NCBI GenBank assembly: GCA_027492515.1
Contig: JAPUEP010000196.1
Location: forward strand, 1 to 51,489
Source: Hyphomonadaceae bacterium
GTDB lineage: Bacteria > Pseudomonadota > Alphaproteobacteria > Caulobacterales > Aquidulcibacteraceae
Reading direction: 5' to 3'
Length of the DNA stretch: 51,489 nt
Shown: in pieces, positions 27,933 to 36,827 of the stretch
How the letters are laid out: the number at the start of each line of letters is the position of its first letter
Position numbering within the stretch: position 1 is the stretch's first letter
Notes under the pieces: model-generated
What the model saw: the letters and a program-made list of their open reading frames with translations, nothing else
Database searches by the model: none
What the model was told of the DNA's origin: nothing
Program-made: the position numbers and the translations under genes

Positions 27933-28913
27933 TTGCCAAAATTTTCGATAATTATTGTAAGCTATAAAAGCCAAAAAGATATTGATAGGAATCTTTCCTG
28001 TTTAAAAGAGCAAACTTATCAAAATTTTGAAACCATATTAATTGATAATAATTCACCAGAAAGTGGCGTTTCAAAAGAACAAGCCAAAATGGTAAATATT
28101 TTTGTGCAAAATCAAGAAAACATTGGTTTTGCACAGGCCAATAATCAAGGTGCAAAACTTGCAAATGGTCAATGGCTGATATTGTTAAATCCCGATGCCT
28201 TTCCTTATCCCAATTGGCTTGAAGAAATAAATAAGGCGATTGATAAATATCAAGATTGCGAAAATTTTGGTTGCCTTCAAATGCTTGATGGCGAACCTAA
28301 TATTCTTGATGGTGCAGGGGATTGTTTTTCAATTTTTGGAATTGCATGGCGCGGTGGTCACCGCAAACCAATACCGCAAAATATTGAAGATGGCGAAGTC
28401 TTTGCCTCATGTGGTGCAGCGTCAATATGGAAAAAATCAATTTTTGAACAATTGGGCGGCTTTGAAGAAAGCTATGGCTCTTATTATGAAGATGTGGACC
28501 TTGGATTTCGCCACCGACTAGAGGGCGGGAAATGCATTCAACTTGCAAACGCAATTGTAAGCCATAAAGGCTCTGCATCAAGTTCGCGTTATTCAGAATA
28601 TTCGGTATTTCATGGAATTAGAAACCGTGAAATTGCTTATTTTCGCCTAATGCCATTTTGGCTTTTGGTTTTTACTTTTCCTTTGCATATATTTGCCGTT
28701 TTCGCTTTATGGTTTCATGCATTAATTCGCGGGGCATTTTTGCCATATACAAAGGGTATATTTGCCGCTTTTGCGAAAACTTATGATGCACTTAAACAAA
28801 GGCAAGACATTCAAAAACGCCGCAAGGCAAGCGTTTTTGATATATTGAAAATAATGTCCTTTTCGCCGTTTTCGCTTTTAAGCCGCGCAATAATTATTCG
28901 TAAAATTAAATAA
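27933..28913 (+). CDS. glycosyltransferase family 2
   Basis: IDNNS, NIGFAQANNQG, LLNPDA, GGFEE, YYEDVDL..R. Confidence 0.93.
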   Translation: MPKFSIIIVSYKSQKDIDRNLSCLKEQTYQNFETILIDNNSPESGVSKEQAKMVNIFVQNQENIGFAQANNQGAKLANGQWLILLNPDAFPYPNWLEEINKAIDKYQDCENFGCLQMLDGEPNILDGAGDCFSIFGIAWRGGHRKPIPQNIEDGEVFASCGAASIWKKSIFEQLGGFEESYGSYYEDVDLGFRHRLEGGKCIQLANAIVSHKGSASSSRYSEYSVFHGIRNREIAYFRLMPFWLLVFTFPLHIFAVFALWFHALIRGAFLPYTKGIFAAFAKTYDALKQRQDIQKRRKASVFDILKIMSFSPFSLLSRAIIIRKIK

Positions 28914-30342
28914 TTTGCGGGCTTCCTGCAAAGACACGATAAATTGCAATCGCCGCATCAGAATATGCCGCCTGCGCCGCAAGTCTTGAATTTCTTGCTT
29001 GGCTATAATCGCGTTCAGCTTCGGTGCGGTCTTTCATTGATATAAGGCCAACTTCAAAACTTTTCTTTGCAGAATTAAAGCGTGTTAAGGCCGCCTGTTC
29101 GCCATTTTGTGTTGCAATTAAACGGTCGCGCGCAAAATCATAGGCAGACAAAGCCTGTTGACCTTCGGCAATCGCGCCCATTGTTGTGGCCTTATAATTT
29201 AATAAAGCCTGTGTGAACCTTGCATCAGCTTGTTTCACGCTTGCAAGCTTTTGACCAAAGTCAAATAATGTAAGGCTTATTGCAGGTGTAAGGCTTGAAC
29301 GCTCAATATCTGCTGCAATTGGTCCGCCGCTTACCGCTGATAAAAGCGTAAGTGCGCCGCGAATTGAAACGCTTGGGAAAAGGTCGGCTTTGGAAATACC
29401 AACAGCGGCCCCCATCAAAATTGCGTTTTGTTCGGCTTGGCGCACATCAATACGGCGGCGAACAAATTCAGCGGGAATAGAATTTATTTGTGGAACATTC
29501 TTTTTAAATTCAAAATTTCTTACAGGTGCCAAAAACTCATCAAGTGAGCCAGGGGTTACGCCGCGCAAAATTGCAACGCGATTTAACCCAGCGCGAACCG
29601 CCAATTTTGCATCAGGTATTTGCGCTTCAATCGCAGATAATGTTGTAAGTGCAAACGTGGCATCAGATTGCGAAATAAGGCCAACCCTTAATCTATCTTG
29701 TGCAACAGCGTTTAAAGTTTTTGCGCGATCTAAATCTTCTTCAAGATATTGAAGGCGGGTTTGGCTGCTTCTTAAATCAATATAGGCTGCTGCAATATCA
29801 CCAATAAGTGCAATTTTCGCAGCTTCAATTCCTAAACGTGCATTTTCAACATTGGCTTTAGAGCCAGTAAGTGAATTAGCTAAGCGCCCAAAAAGCGGTA
29901 ATTCCCACGATGCAGCGGCAACAGAGGTTTGTAAGGATTGTTTATCATCAACAAGGCCTGTATTGGCATTTATCAAACTGCCGCCTTTGTTAATTTTATC
30001 AGTTGTAACGCTTGAAGAAACATCAAGGCGTGGGGCAAAGCCTGCAATTGTTGCACGCCCTTGGGCGCGGGCTTCTTTAAGGCGCGAATTGGCAATCAAA
30101 AGGCCAATATTTTCATTTTGCGCATCCATAACAAGCTGGTTTAATTTATCATCAGCAAAATTTTGCCACCAAACAACAGAATTATCAGGGGATGCAGGAA
30201 CTTCATCACGAAAAGAATCAATAGTAACTTTTGGCGCATTAATATCTTTAACGCCAATAAGGCCATTTGTAGAACAAGCGCCCAAACTTGTTAAAAAACC
30301 AATTGCAATAATTGAGGAGAAATATTGCCTAGTTCTTTTCAT
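28906..30342 (-). CDS. efflux outer-membrane lipoprotein (TolC/OprM/NodT family); start 30342 or 30360
   Basis: LGAC lipobox, WWQNFAD..L, ASWEL.LFG, RR.DVRQAE, ADLFP; divergent from the RND operon. Confidence 0.92.
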   Translation of the reverse strand: MKRTRQYFSSIIAIGFLTSLGACSTNGLIGVKDINAPKVTIDSFRDEVPASPDNSVVWWQNFADDKLNQLVMDAQNENIGLLIANSRLKEARAQGRATIAGFAPRLDVSSSVTTDKINKGGSLINANTGLVDDKQSLQTSVAAASWELPLFGRLANSLTGSKANVENARLGIEAAKIALIGDIAAAYIDLRSSQTRLQYLEEDLDRAKTLNAVAQDRLRVGLISQSDATFALTTLSAIEAQIPDAKLAVRAGLNRVAILRGVTPGSLDEFLAPVRNFEFKKNVPQINSIPAEFVRRRIDVRQAEQNAILMGAAVGISKADLFPSVSIRGALTLLSAVSGGPIAADIERSSLTPAISLTLFDFGQKLASVKQADARFTQALLNYKATTMGAIAEGQQALSAYDFARDRLIATQNGEQAALTRFNSAKKSFEVGLISMKDRTEAERDYSQARNSRLAAQAAYSDAAIAIYRVFAGSPQII

Positions 30343-30532
30343 TTCTTTGCCCTTTTGCATTTTGAAAACCTGCATTATTAATAATATCAATGTTTTATTC
30401 GCAAATATTATAAATTTTGAAATAATATTTTTTATATAAATATCTTAACTTTGAACAAGAATAAATCGTTTTATTAAGAATGTGAAATTAGAAATAAATT
30501 TTTCAAAAAACACCCAAAATATACTTTTACAC

Positions 30533-30561
30533 TTGACCAAACCAAATAAGAACTATAATGC
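30533..30561 (+). promoter_or_regulatory. putative promoter of the tetR-MFP-RND operon
   Basis: TTGACC-N17-TAATGC (or N15-TATAAT). Confidence 0.6.
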
Positions 30562-30562
30562 G

Positions 30563-30576
30563 AACGAACGTTCGTT
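30563..30576. promoter_or_regulatory. TetR-type operator palindrome
   Basis: Perfect AACGAACGTTCGTT overlapping the predicted +1, 18 nt before the tetR start. Confidence 0.75.
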
Positions 30577-30594
30577 TTTTGAATAGGGCTAAAA

Positions 30595-31257
30595 GTGCGT
30601 ACAGTCAACCCACAGAAAGTTGAAAATCGGAAAAACCAGATTCTTGATGCAGCTAAACATTGTTTCGAGCAAAAGGGGTTTCATGCCACAACAATGGCGG
30701 AAATTTGCGCGCGCGCGCAAATTAGCCCTGGGGCTTTATATCGTTATTTTTCTTCAAAAGAAGAAATAATTGATGCAATGTGCGATGAACAACAATTTCG
30801 CTCTTTGGCGCTATTAAGTAGTGTTAGGGGTAAAATCAAAAATAGTGTTGATTTTCAAAATGCTCTTAAAATCATAATTTCAGATGTTATTGAAAATTAC
30901 TGTAACAAAGAACATGGTGCAATGGCGGCTGAACTAATTGCCGAAGCAATGCGTAATGATTCTTTTGCAAAGAGTGCGGCAACTTCTTATATTTCTTATC
31001 AAACTGAATTTGCGAAATTATTAGAAATTGGTCAAAAACTTGGCGAAATTGATGAAAAACTAAACCTCGAGGAAGCTGCTGGAATGCTTATGGCGGTTGT
31101 TGATGGTTTGGTTCTTCGAATTGCATTTTGCAATGACATTGAAAAAGATAAAATTAAAGACTGGCTATTCAATATGGCGGGCAGATATCTTTGCCCGACC
31201 AGAAGCGTAAATATAAAAAAACTTAACCAACATCCCGTTCAAGATTTAGGGGCTTAG
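30595..31257 (+). CDS. TetR/AcrR family transcriptional regulator
   Basis: ILDAA..CF..KGFHATTMAEI..A.ISPGALYRYFSSKEEI HTH. Confidence 0.95.
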   Translation: MRTVNPQKVENRKNQILDAAKHCFEQKGFHATTMAEICARAQISPGALYRYFSSKEEIIDAMCDEQQFRSLALLSSVRGKIKNSVDFQNALKIIISDVIENYCNKEHGAMAAELIAEAMRNDSFAKSAATSYISYQTEFAKLLEIGQKLGEIDEKLNLEEAAGMLMAVVDGLVLRIAFCNDIEKDKIKDWLFNMAGRYLCPTRSVNIKKLNQHPVQDLGA

Positions 31258-31260
31258 ATA

Positions 31261-32625
31261 ATGATAAAGAATAATTTTGGGGTCAAATTCGCGGCTTCAA
31301 TTTTGGTTATTAGTGCAATCACTCTCTCTGGTTGTGCAAAAGGCAAAGATGACAAAGCCAAAGAAGAAAAGAAAGAGGCTGGACGAACTGCACAGGCGGT
31401 TTCAATGGCGCAAGTCTCATCTATAAATCTTAATCCTGATATAGTTGTTGCGGGTCAAGTTTTGGCACAAAATGAAGCCCAAGTTTATTCAACGGCTTCT
31501 GGCGCAAAAGTAATGCAATTACTTGTTGATGTGGGCCAATATGTTAATGCAGGCCAAGCCCTCGCAAGGCTTGATGCACGCCAAATTACGGCTGATAATG
31601 AATTATTATCTGCCCAAGTTCGCCGTGCAAGAACCGCCCTTGCCGAGGCGCAGGTTCAGGTTCAAGCAGCCGAGCAAAACCTTGCACGCGGGACAAGCGG
31701 AATACGCGAATCATCACTTGATTTGCGTCAGGCACAAATCGCCGCCGCAGAGGCAAAATCACAATATGATAGGGCAATGGCAACAACTGATATTGGCGCT
31801 TTATCACGTGAAGAGGTTGAACGCCGCCGTAATGCTTGGCAAGCCGCAGAAGCAAGGCTTAATTCACAAAAAGGTGATGTAACTGCAATTATGGACGGTC
31901 GTCGCCAGGCACTAACTGCTGCAAAAGCACGCCTTGAGGGTGCAAAATCTGATTTAGCTTTGGCAATTGCGCAGCAAAACCAATCTAATGCGCGTCAAAA
32001 TAATGGTATTATTACTGCGCCAGTTTCAGGTCTTGTTACAGCGCGCAATGTTAAGGTTGGCGAAATTTCTGGAATGGGTGCAAGCCCAATGTTTACAATC
32101 GTAACAGGCGGCGCACTTGAGGTTAATGCTGAAATTTCTGAAAGTGAATTGGGTCGTTTAACACAAGGCATGAATGCACAATTCAAAGCCCCAGATGGCA
32201 GCCAAGTTAATGGAACTTTGCGTCAATTACCGGCGCAAATTGATCCACAAAAACGTACTGGAATTGCAAAATTCACCCTACAGCCAAATCCATCTGTAAA
32301 ATCTGGTGTGTTCTTAACTGGCGTGGCTTCAAGTGGAATGCGTGCAATTACGGCAATTCCTTCTGCGGCCGTTTTATATGATGATCAAGGCTCATCCGTT
32401 TATGTTGTTAAACAAGATAATAGTGTGACAAAACAAAAAGTTACGCTTGGCGCACGTAGTGGCGACTTGGTGGAAGTAATTGTTGGTCCTGCAATTGGTC
32501 AATGGGTTGTAACTTCAGGTGCTTCATTCTTGGCGGAGGGTGAAAAAATAAACCCAACTAAAGAAGCCCCAAAAGCCGCAGCACCAGTAATTAATCAGGC
32601 GCCTGCCAATGTTAAAAATAAATAG
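31261..32625 (+). CDS. RND efflux periplasmic adaptor (MFP), lipoprotein
   Basis: LSGC lipobox, VDVGQYV.AGQ.LARLD and TAPVSG lipoyl halves, long coiled coil, IPSAAV. Confidence 0.93.
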   Translation: MIKNNFGVKFAASILVISAITLSGCAKGKDDKAKEEKKEAGRTAQAVSMAQVSSINLNPDIVVAGQVLAQNEAQVYSTASGAKVMQLLVDVGQYVNAGQALARLDARQITADNELLSAQVRRARTALAEAQVQVQAAEQNLARGTSGIRESSLDLRQAQIAAAEAKSQYDRAMATTDIGALSREEVERRRNAWQAAEARLNSQKGDVTAIMDGRRQALTAAKARLEGAKSDLALAIAQQNQSNARQNNGIITAPVSGLVTARNVKVGEISGMGASPMFTIVTGGALEVNAEISESELGRLTQGMNAQFKAPDGSQVNGTLRQLPAQIDPQKRTGIAKFTLQPNPSVKSGVFLTGVASSGMRAITAIPSAAVLYDDQGSSVYVVKQDNSVTKQKVTLGARSGDLVEVIVGPAIGQWVVTSGASFLAEGEKINPTKEAPKAAAPVINQAPANVKNK

Positions 32626-32634
32626 GGGGTATTG

Positions 32635-35600
32635 ATGCGTTATATTTCGTCTTGGGCGATAAAAAACCCAATTGCCCCTGTGGTATTATTTTTAATGCTA
32701 ACAATTTTGGGCATTGGTGCTTTTTTCAAGCTACCGATTAATTCAAACCCTGATATTGAATTTCCTGCTTTTACGGTTGATGTATCAATGCCAGGCGCTG
32801 CGCCCTCTGAGATACAAAATCAAATCACTGTGAAAATTGAAGGTGCATTATCTGGAATTGAAGGGGTGAAAAAAATCACTTCAACAGCCCAAACAAGCCA
32901 TTCAAGCACTTTTGTAGAATTGCAAATTGGAGCCGATATTGCAAAAGCGGTTGATGATGCGCGCGCCGCAGTTTCGCAGGTTCGCTCTGACCTTCCAAGT
33001 GGGATTATGGAACCAATTGTTCAGCGTATTGATTTTAACGATCAAGACCCAATTGGTATTTATGCAATTAAAGCACCAAAACTTACGCAAGAGCAATTAG
33101 CGTGGTTTATCGATAATGATGTGACGCGTGAATTCCTTGCGGTTAGGGGTGTGGCACGCGTTAATCGTTTTGGTGGCTCTGATAGGCAAATTGCGGTTGA
33201 TATTGACCCTGCAAAGTTGAATGCTTTTGGCGGTTCAGTTGCCGATGTTTCTTATTCTTTGCGTTCACAAAATGCTGATATTCCTGGTGGCTTGGCTGAA
33301 ACAGGTACAGGACAACAAACAATCAGAACCATGGGTGCTGCAAAAACCGTTGATGAATTGCGCAATATGCCAATCACTTTATCAAACGGGCGCGTTCTAA
33401 AACTTTCTGATATTGCCGATGTTCGTGATGGCGGCGCAGATATTAGAAACGTTTCAAGGTTCAATGATACACCAGTAACAATGTTCCAAATTCAGCGCAC
33501 AAAATCTGCATCTGCGCTTCGTACATATCGTGCGGTGCAAGAGAAGATGAAAGTGTTTGAAAAAGCGCATCCTGATGTGGAAATTATTCCTGCATTCACA
33601 CCGCCTGATTTTGTGCAAGACGATTATGATTCATCATTAAAATCTATGTTTGAAGGTGCATTATTGGCAACTTTGGTGGTCGCAGTATTCTTGGGCGGAT
33701 GGCGCACAATTATCACCGAGACACTAATTGCGGCAGCGGTATTATTTGGCGGGGAATTCCTTTTAAATAAATTTGCCCATATGCATATAAGTGAAGTTAC
33801 GATTTTGGCGATTTTGACGCTTTGTGTTGCATTAATTGCCCTCTTTAGAAAAGAAGGGCGGGCAACATTCTTGGCGGCAATGGCAATACCATTATCAACC
33901 ATTCCAACCTTCTATGTCATGAGCTTGCTTGGATTTACATTGAATGGCGTTACGCTTTTGGCGCTTGGTTTGGTTGCGGGTATTTTGGTTGACGATGCGA
34001 TTGTGGAAATCGAAAATATCGAACGCCACATTCATATGGGAAAAACCCCATTCCAAGCTGCTCTTGAAGCTGCGGACGAAATCGGCCTTGCGGTTGTTGC
34101 AACAACCTTCACAATTGTGGCGGTTTTTGTGCCTGTGTCATTTATGACAGGTATTATTGGGCAATTCTTTAAATCCTTTGGTTTAACTGTTGCCGTTGCG
34201 GTCTTATTCTCTTTGCTTGTTGCAAGGATGATAACACCTTTAATGGCGGCATATTTACTTCAGCCAAAAGATGAAAATGCCGAAGAAAAGCCAAACAAAG
34301 TTGCCGAATGGTATTATGGTGTTCTTGAATGGGCGCTGAAAAATCGCTGGAAAACATTCGGCCTTGGGATGGTATTATTTTTTGCGGCGATAGTTTCTGT
34401 TGCATTTACACCAAAGACGGTAATGCCACAACTTGATCAAGGCTTCGTTTCAATTTCAATCGATTTGCCACCAGGCTTAACACCGCTTGAAGCAGACGCA
34501 AAAGCCCGCGAAGTTGGTCGCTTGGTAATTGACGAACCGGGAACAAAACACGTTGTTCAATCTACAAAAGGTGATTTAACGGGCGCTAACTTCTGGATTA
34601 CTTTGGTTGATAGAAAAGATAGAGATGTCACCCAAAAGCAATATGAAGACGACTTGCGTAAAAAAATTGCCCAAGTTCCTGGAATTCGTTCACAATTTGG
34701 TGGCGGTTGGGGCTCTAACGGCGTAAGCATCAATCTTGTGTCTTCAAATTCTGATGAATTAGAAAAATCTGCTTCAAAAGTATTGGCAGAAATGCGTAAG
34801 CTTCCTTGGGCTTTGGATTTGCGTTCTTCTGCGGACGTAACCAAACCTGAAATACACGTAATTCCAAAACGTGAAGAAGCAGCACGCTTGGGCGTTGATG
34901 TAAATTCAATTGCAACAGCAACAAGAATTGCAACCACTGGCGATATTGAAATGAATTTGCCAAAATTCAATTCAGGTGAACGTCAAATCCCTATTATGGT
35001 GCGCCTTGCACGTGAAAACCGCGCAGATATTGAAACAATCAAATCTTTGAGGGTTCCAACATCAACCGGCATTAGTGTTCCACTTAGCACTGTTGCAGAA
35101 GTTTATTATGGTGGTGGTCAGGCGCGCATTTCACGCGAAGATCGCCAACGCGTAATTACAATTTCAGCAAGCTTTGGTAAGGATAAAAGCGGCAAAGTAA
35201 TGCAGCTTGGCCCTGCTATGGAAGAACTTAAATCAAAAGATTGGTATAAAAATCCTGGCCCTGGTGTGCGTATCAAAGAAGGTGGCGATGCCGAGGATAT
35301 GGCGGATATGTTTAACCAATTCTCAAGCGCAATTATGATGGGTGTATTGCTTATCTTTGCGGTGCTTGTTCTATTGTTTAAAGATTTCATGCAGCCAATT
35401 ACGATTGTTTCGGTAATTTTCTTGGCTCCTGCTGGCGCTTTCTTTGGGCTATTCTTAACCCAAGAGCCGTTATCGCTTCCTGTGTTTATTGGGCTTTTGA
35501 TGTTAATCGGTATTGCGACCAAAAACTCTATTCTATTGGTGGATTTTGCGGTTGAATCGATAAATCATGGAATGTCACGTTATGATGCAATTATGGATGC

Positions 35601-35913
35601 CGCCAAAAAGCGTTCGCGCCCAATCATCATGACAACAATTGCAATGGTTGCGGGTATGATACCAAATGCCCTAACCACCGCAGGTCCGGGTGCATTCCGT
35701 CACGGTATGGCGATTGCAGTTATTGGCGGCCTTATTGTTTCGACTGCTTTATCTTTGGTTTTTGTTCCTGCGGTCTATACTTTGGTCGATGATTTTGACC
35801 ATTGGTTTTCTAAATTCTTTAAAGGGATTTCTTCAACATCCCTTGAAGATAGGGAAAAAGCCCTAAAAGAAGAAGCAAAAAAACGTGCACAAAGAATGGC
35901 GCAAGCAGAATAG
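32635..35913 (+). CDS. RND efflux permease (AcrB/AcrD/AcrF family)
   Basis: ISSWAIKNP, GILVDDAIVEIEN, GIATKNSILLV, RSRPIIMT; two large periplasmic loops. Confidence 0.96.
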   Translation: MRYISSWAIKNPIAPVVLFLMLTILGIGAFFKLPINSNPDIEFPAFTVDVSMPGAAPSEIQNQITVKIEGALSGIEGVKKITSTAQTSHSSTFVELQIGADIAKAVDDARAAVSQVRSDLPSGIMEPIVQRIDFNDQDPIGIYAIKAPKLTQEQLAWFIDNDVTREFLAVRGVARVNRFGGSDRQIAVDIDPAKLNAFGGSVADVSYSLRSQNADIPGGLAETGTGQQTIRTMGAAKTVDELRNMPITLSNGRVLKLSDIADVRDGGADIRNVSRFNDTPVTMFQIQRTKSASALRTYRAVQEKMKVFEKAHPDVEIIPAFTPPDFVQDDYDSSLKSMFEGALLATLVVAVFLGGWRTIITETLIAAAVLFGGEFLLNKFAHMHISEVTILAILTLCVALIALFRKEGRATFLAAMAIPLSTIPTFYVMSLLGFTLNGVTLLALGLVAGILVDDAIVEIENIERHIHMGKTPFQAALEAADEIGLAVVATTFTIVAVFVPVSFMTGIIGQFFKSFGLTVAVAVLFSLLVARMITPLMAAYLLQPKDENAEEKPNKVAEWYYGVLEWALKNRWKTFGLGMVLFFAAIVSVAFTPKTVMPQLDQGFVSISIDLPPGLTPLEADAKAREVGRLVIDEPGTKHVVQSTKGDLTGANFWITLVDRKDRDVTQKQYEDDLRKKIAQVPGIRSQFGGGWGSNGVSINLVSSNSDELEKSASKVLAEMRKLPWALDLRSSADVTKPEIHVIPKREEAARLGVDVNSIATATRIATTGDIEMNLPKFNSGERQIPIMVRLARENRADIETIKSLRVPTSTGISVPLSTVAEVYYGGGQARISREDRQRVITISASFGKDKSGKVMQLGPAMEELKSKDWYKNPGPGVRIKEGGDAEDMADMFNQFSSAIMMGVLLIFAVLVLLFKDFMQPITIVSVIFLAPAGAFFGLFLTQEPLSLPVFIGLLMLIGIATKNSILLVDFAVESINHGMSRYDAIMDAAKKRSRPIIMTTIAMVAGMIPNALTTAGPGAFRHGMAIAVIGGLIVSTALSLVFVPAVYTLVDDFDHWFSKFFKGISSTSLEDREKALKEEAKKRAQRMAQAE

Positions 35914-35919
35914 AAACAT

Positions 35920-35948
35920 TTGCTTTCGCAGGTGCAATATGTTAAGCG
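35920..35948 (+). promoter_or_regulatory. putative ppa promoter overlapping the upstream terminator
   Basis: TTGCTT-N17-TAAGCG. Confidence 0.4.
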
Positions 35949-35977
35949 CTCGAAAACTATCGGGCGCTTTTCTTTTT
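35944..35977 (+). terminator. intrinsic terminator after the RND operon
   Basis: AAGCGCTCGA-AAACTA-TCGGGCGCTT followed by TTCTTTTT. Confidence 0.75.
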
Positions 35978-36008
35978 CCCATAGTAAAAAGTATTTTGAG
36001 GGTTAAAA

Positions 36009-36560
36009 ATGGATATTACAAAAATCCCAGTTGGATATGATGCACCACGTGACGTGAATGTTATTATCGAGGTTCCATTGGGCGGTGAGCCGATTAAATA
36101 TGAAATCGACAAAGATTCAGGTGCAATGTTTGTTGATAGATTTTTGTACACGCCAATGCGCTACCCAACAAATTATGGTTTTATCCCTGGCACTTTATCA
36201 GGCGATGGTGACCCTGTTGACGTTTTATGTATTGGTCGTCGCCCATTAATCCCTGGTTGCGTTTTGCGCGTTAAGCCAGTTGGCGTTTTATTGATGGAAG
36301 ACCAAGCGGGTATTGACGAAAAAATCGTTGCAGTTCCAATTCCAAAACTAACTGCATTCTATGATGGAACCGATTCATACAAACAATTGCCAGCAATTCA
36401 ATTAGCCCAAATCGAGCATTTCTTTGCGCATTATAAAGATTTGGAACCAGGCAAATGGACAAAAATCCAAGGTTGGAAAGACCGCGATGTTGCCGAACAA
36501 TTAATTCTTGAAGGCGTTGATAGATATCACGAATATCTTAAATCACATCCAAAAGGATAA
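36009..36560 (+). CDS. ppa: inorganic pyrophosphatase (family I)
   Basis: IKYE.DK, VDRFL, YP.NYGFIP.TL..DGDPVD, DEKI, FF..YKDLE. Confidence 0.97.
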   Translation: MDITKIPVGYDAPRDVNVIIEVPLGGEPIKYEIDKDSGAMFVDRFLYTPMRYPTNYGFIPGTLSGDGDPVDVLCIGRRPLIPGCVLRVKPVGVLLMEDQAGIDEKIVAVPIPKLTAFYDGTDSYKQLPAIQLAQIEHFFAHYKDLEPGKWTKIQGWKDRDVAEQLILEGVDRYHEYLKSHPKG

Positions 36561-36563
36561 AAT

Positions 36564-36595
36564 AAAAAAAGCCCCATATTTTAATATGGGGCTTT
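36564..36595. terminator. bidirectional terminator between ppa and the DUF2798 gene
   Basis: AAAGCCCCATATT-TT-AATATGGGGCTTT; upstream A-run gives a U-tract on the minus strand. Confidence 0.88.
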
Positions 36596-36599
36596 AAAA

Positions 36600-36827
36600 T
36601 TATTCAACTATAAGACTTACTATTTTACGTACCAAAGGCAAAATTAATAGTAAAATAGGGAAAGCAATTGCCCAAGATATCATCCATGCCGAGGGCCAAA
36701 GATCTATAATATTCAAATTAAATCCTTTGGCGCGAATTAGGCTTATCAAGCTTACAAGCAATGTCATAAAACACGATAATATAAGTGGCATCACTATATT
36801 TGAATATTTATTTGGAAGTTTTTTCAT
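36600..36827 (-). CDS. DUF2798 family small two-helix membrane protein
   Basis: KLP.KY..IVMP.ILS.FMT.LVS, W.SAW.ISW.IAFP.LL..LP.VRKIV. Confidence 0.85.
   Translation of the reverse strand: MKKLPNKYSNIVMPLILSCFMTLLVSLISLIRAKGFNLNIIDLWPSAWMISWAIAFPILLLILPLVRKIVSLIVE

Noticed and set aside
29852-30439. 195-aa plus-strand ORF, and similar long antisense ORFs (1676-2089, 34557-34970, 35118-35522, 37508-38059)
   Set aside because: They are antisense shadows of well-supported genes, with no motifs or RBS.
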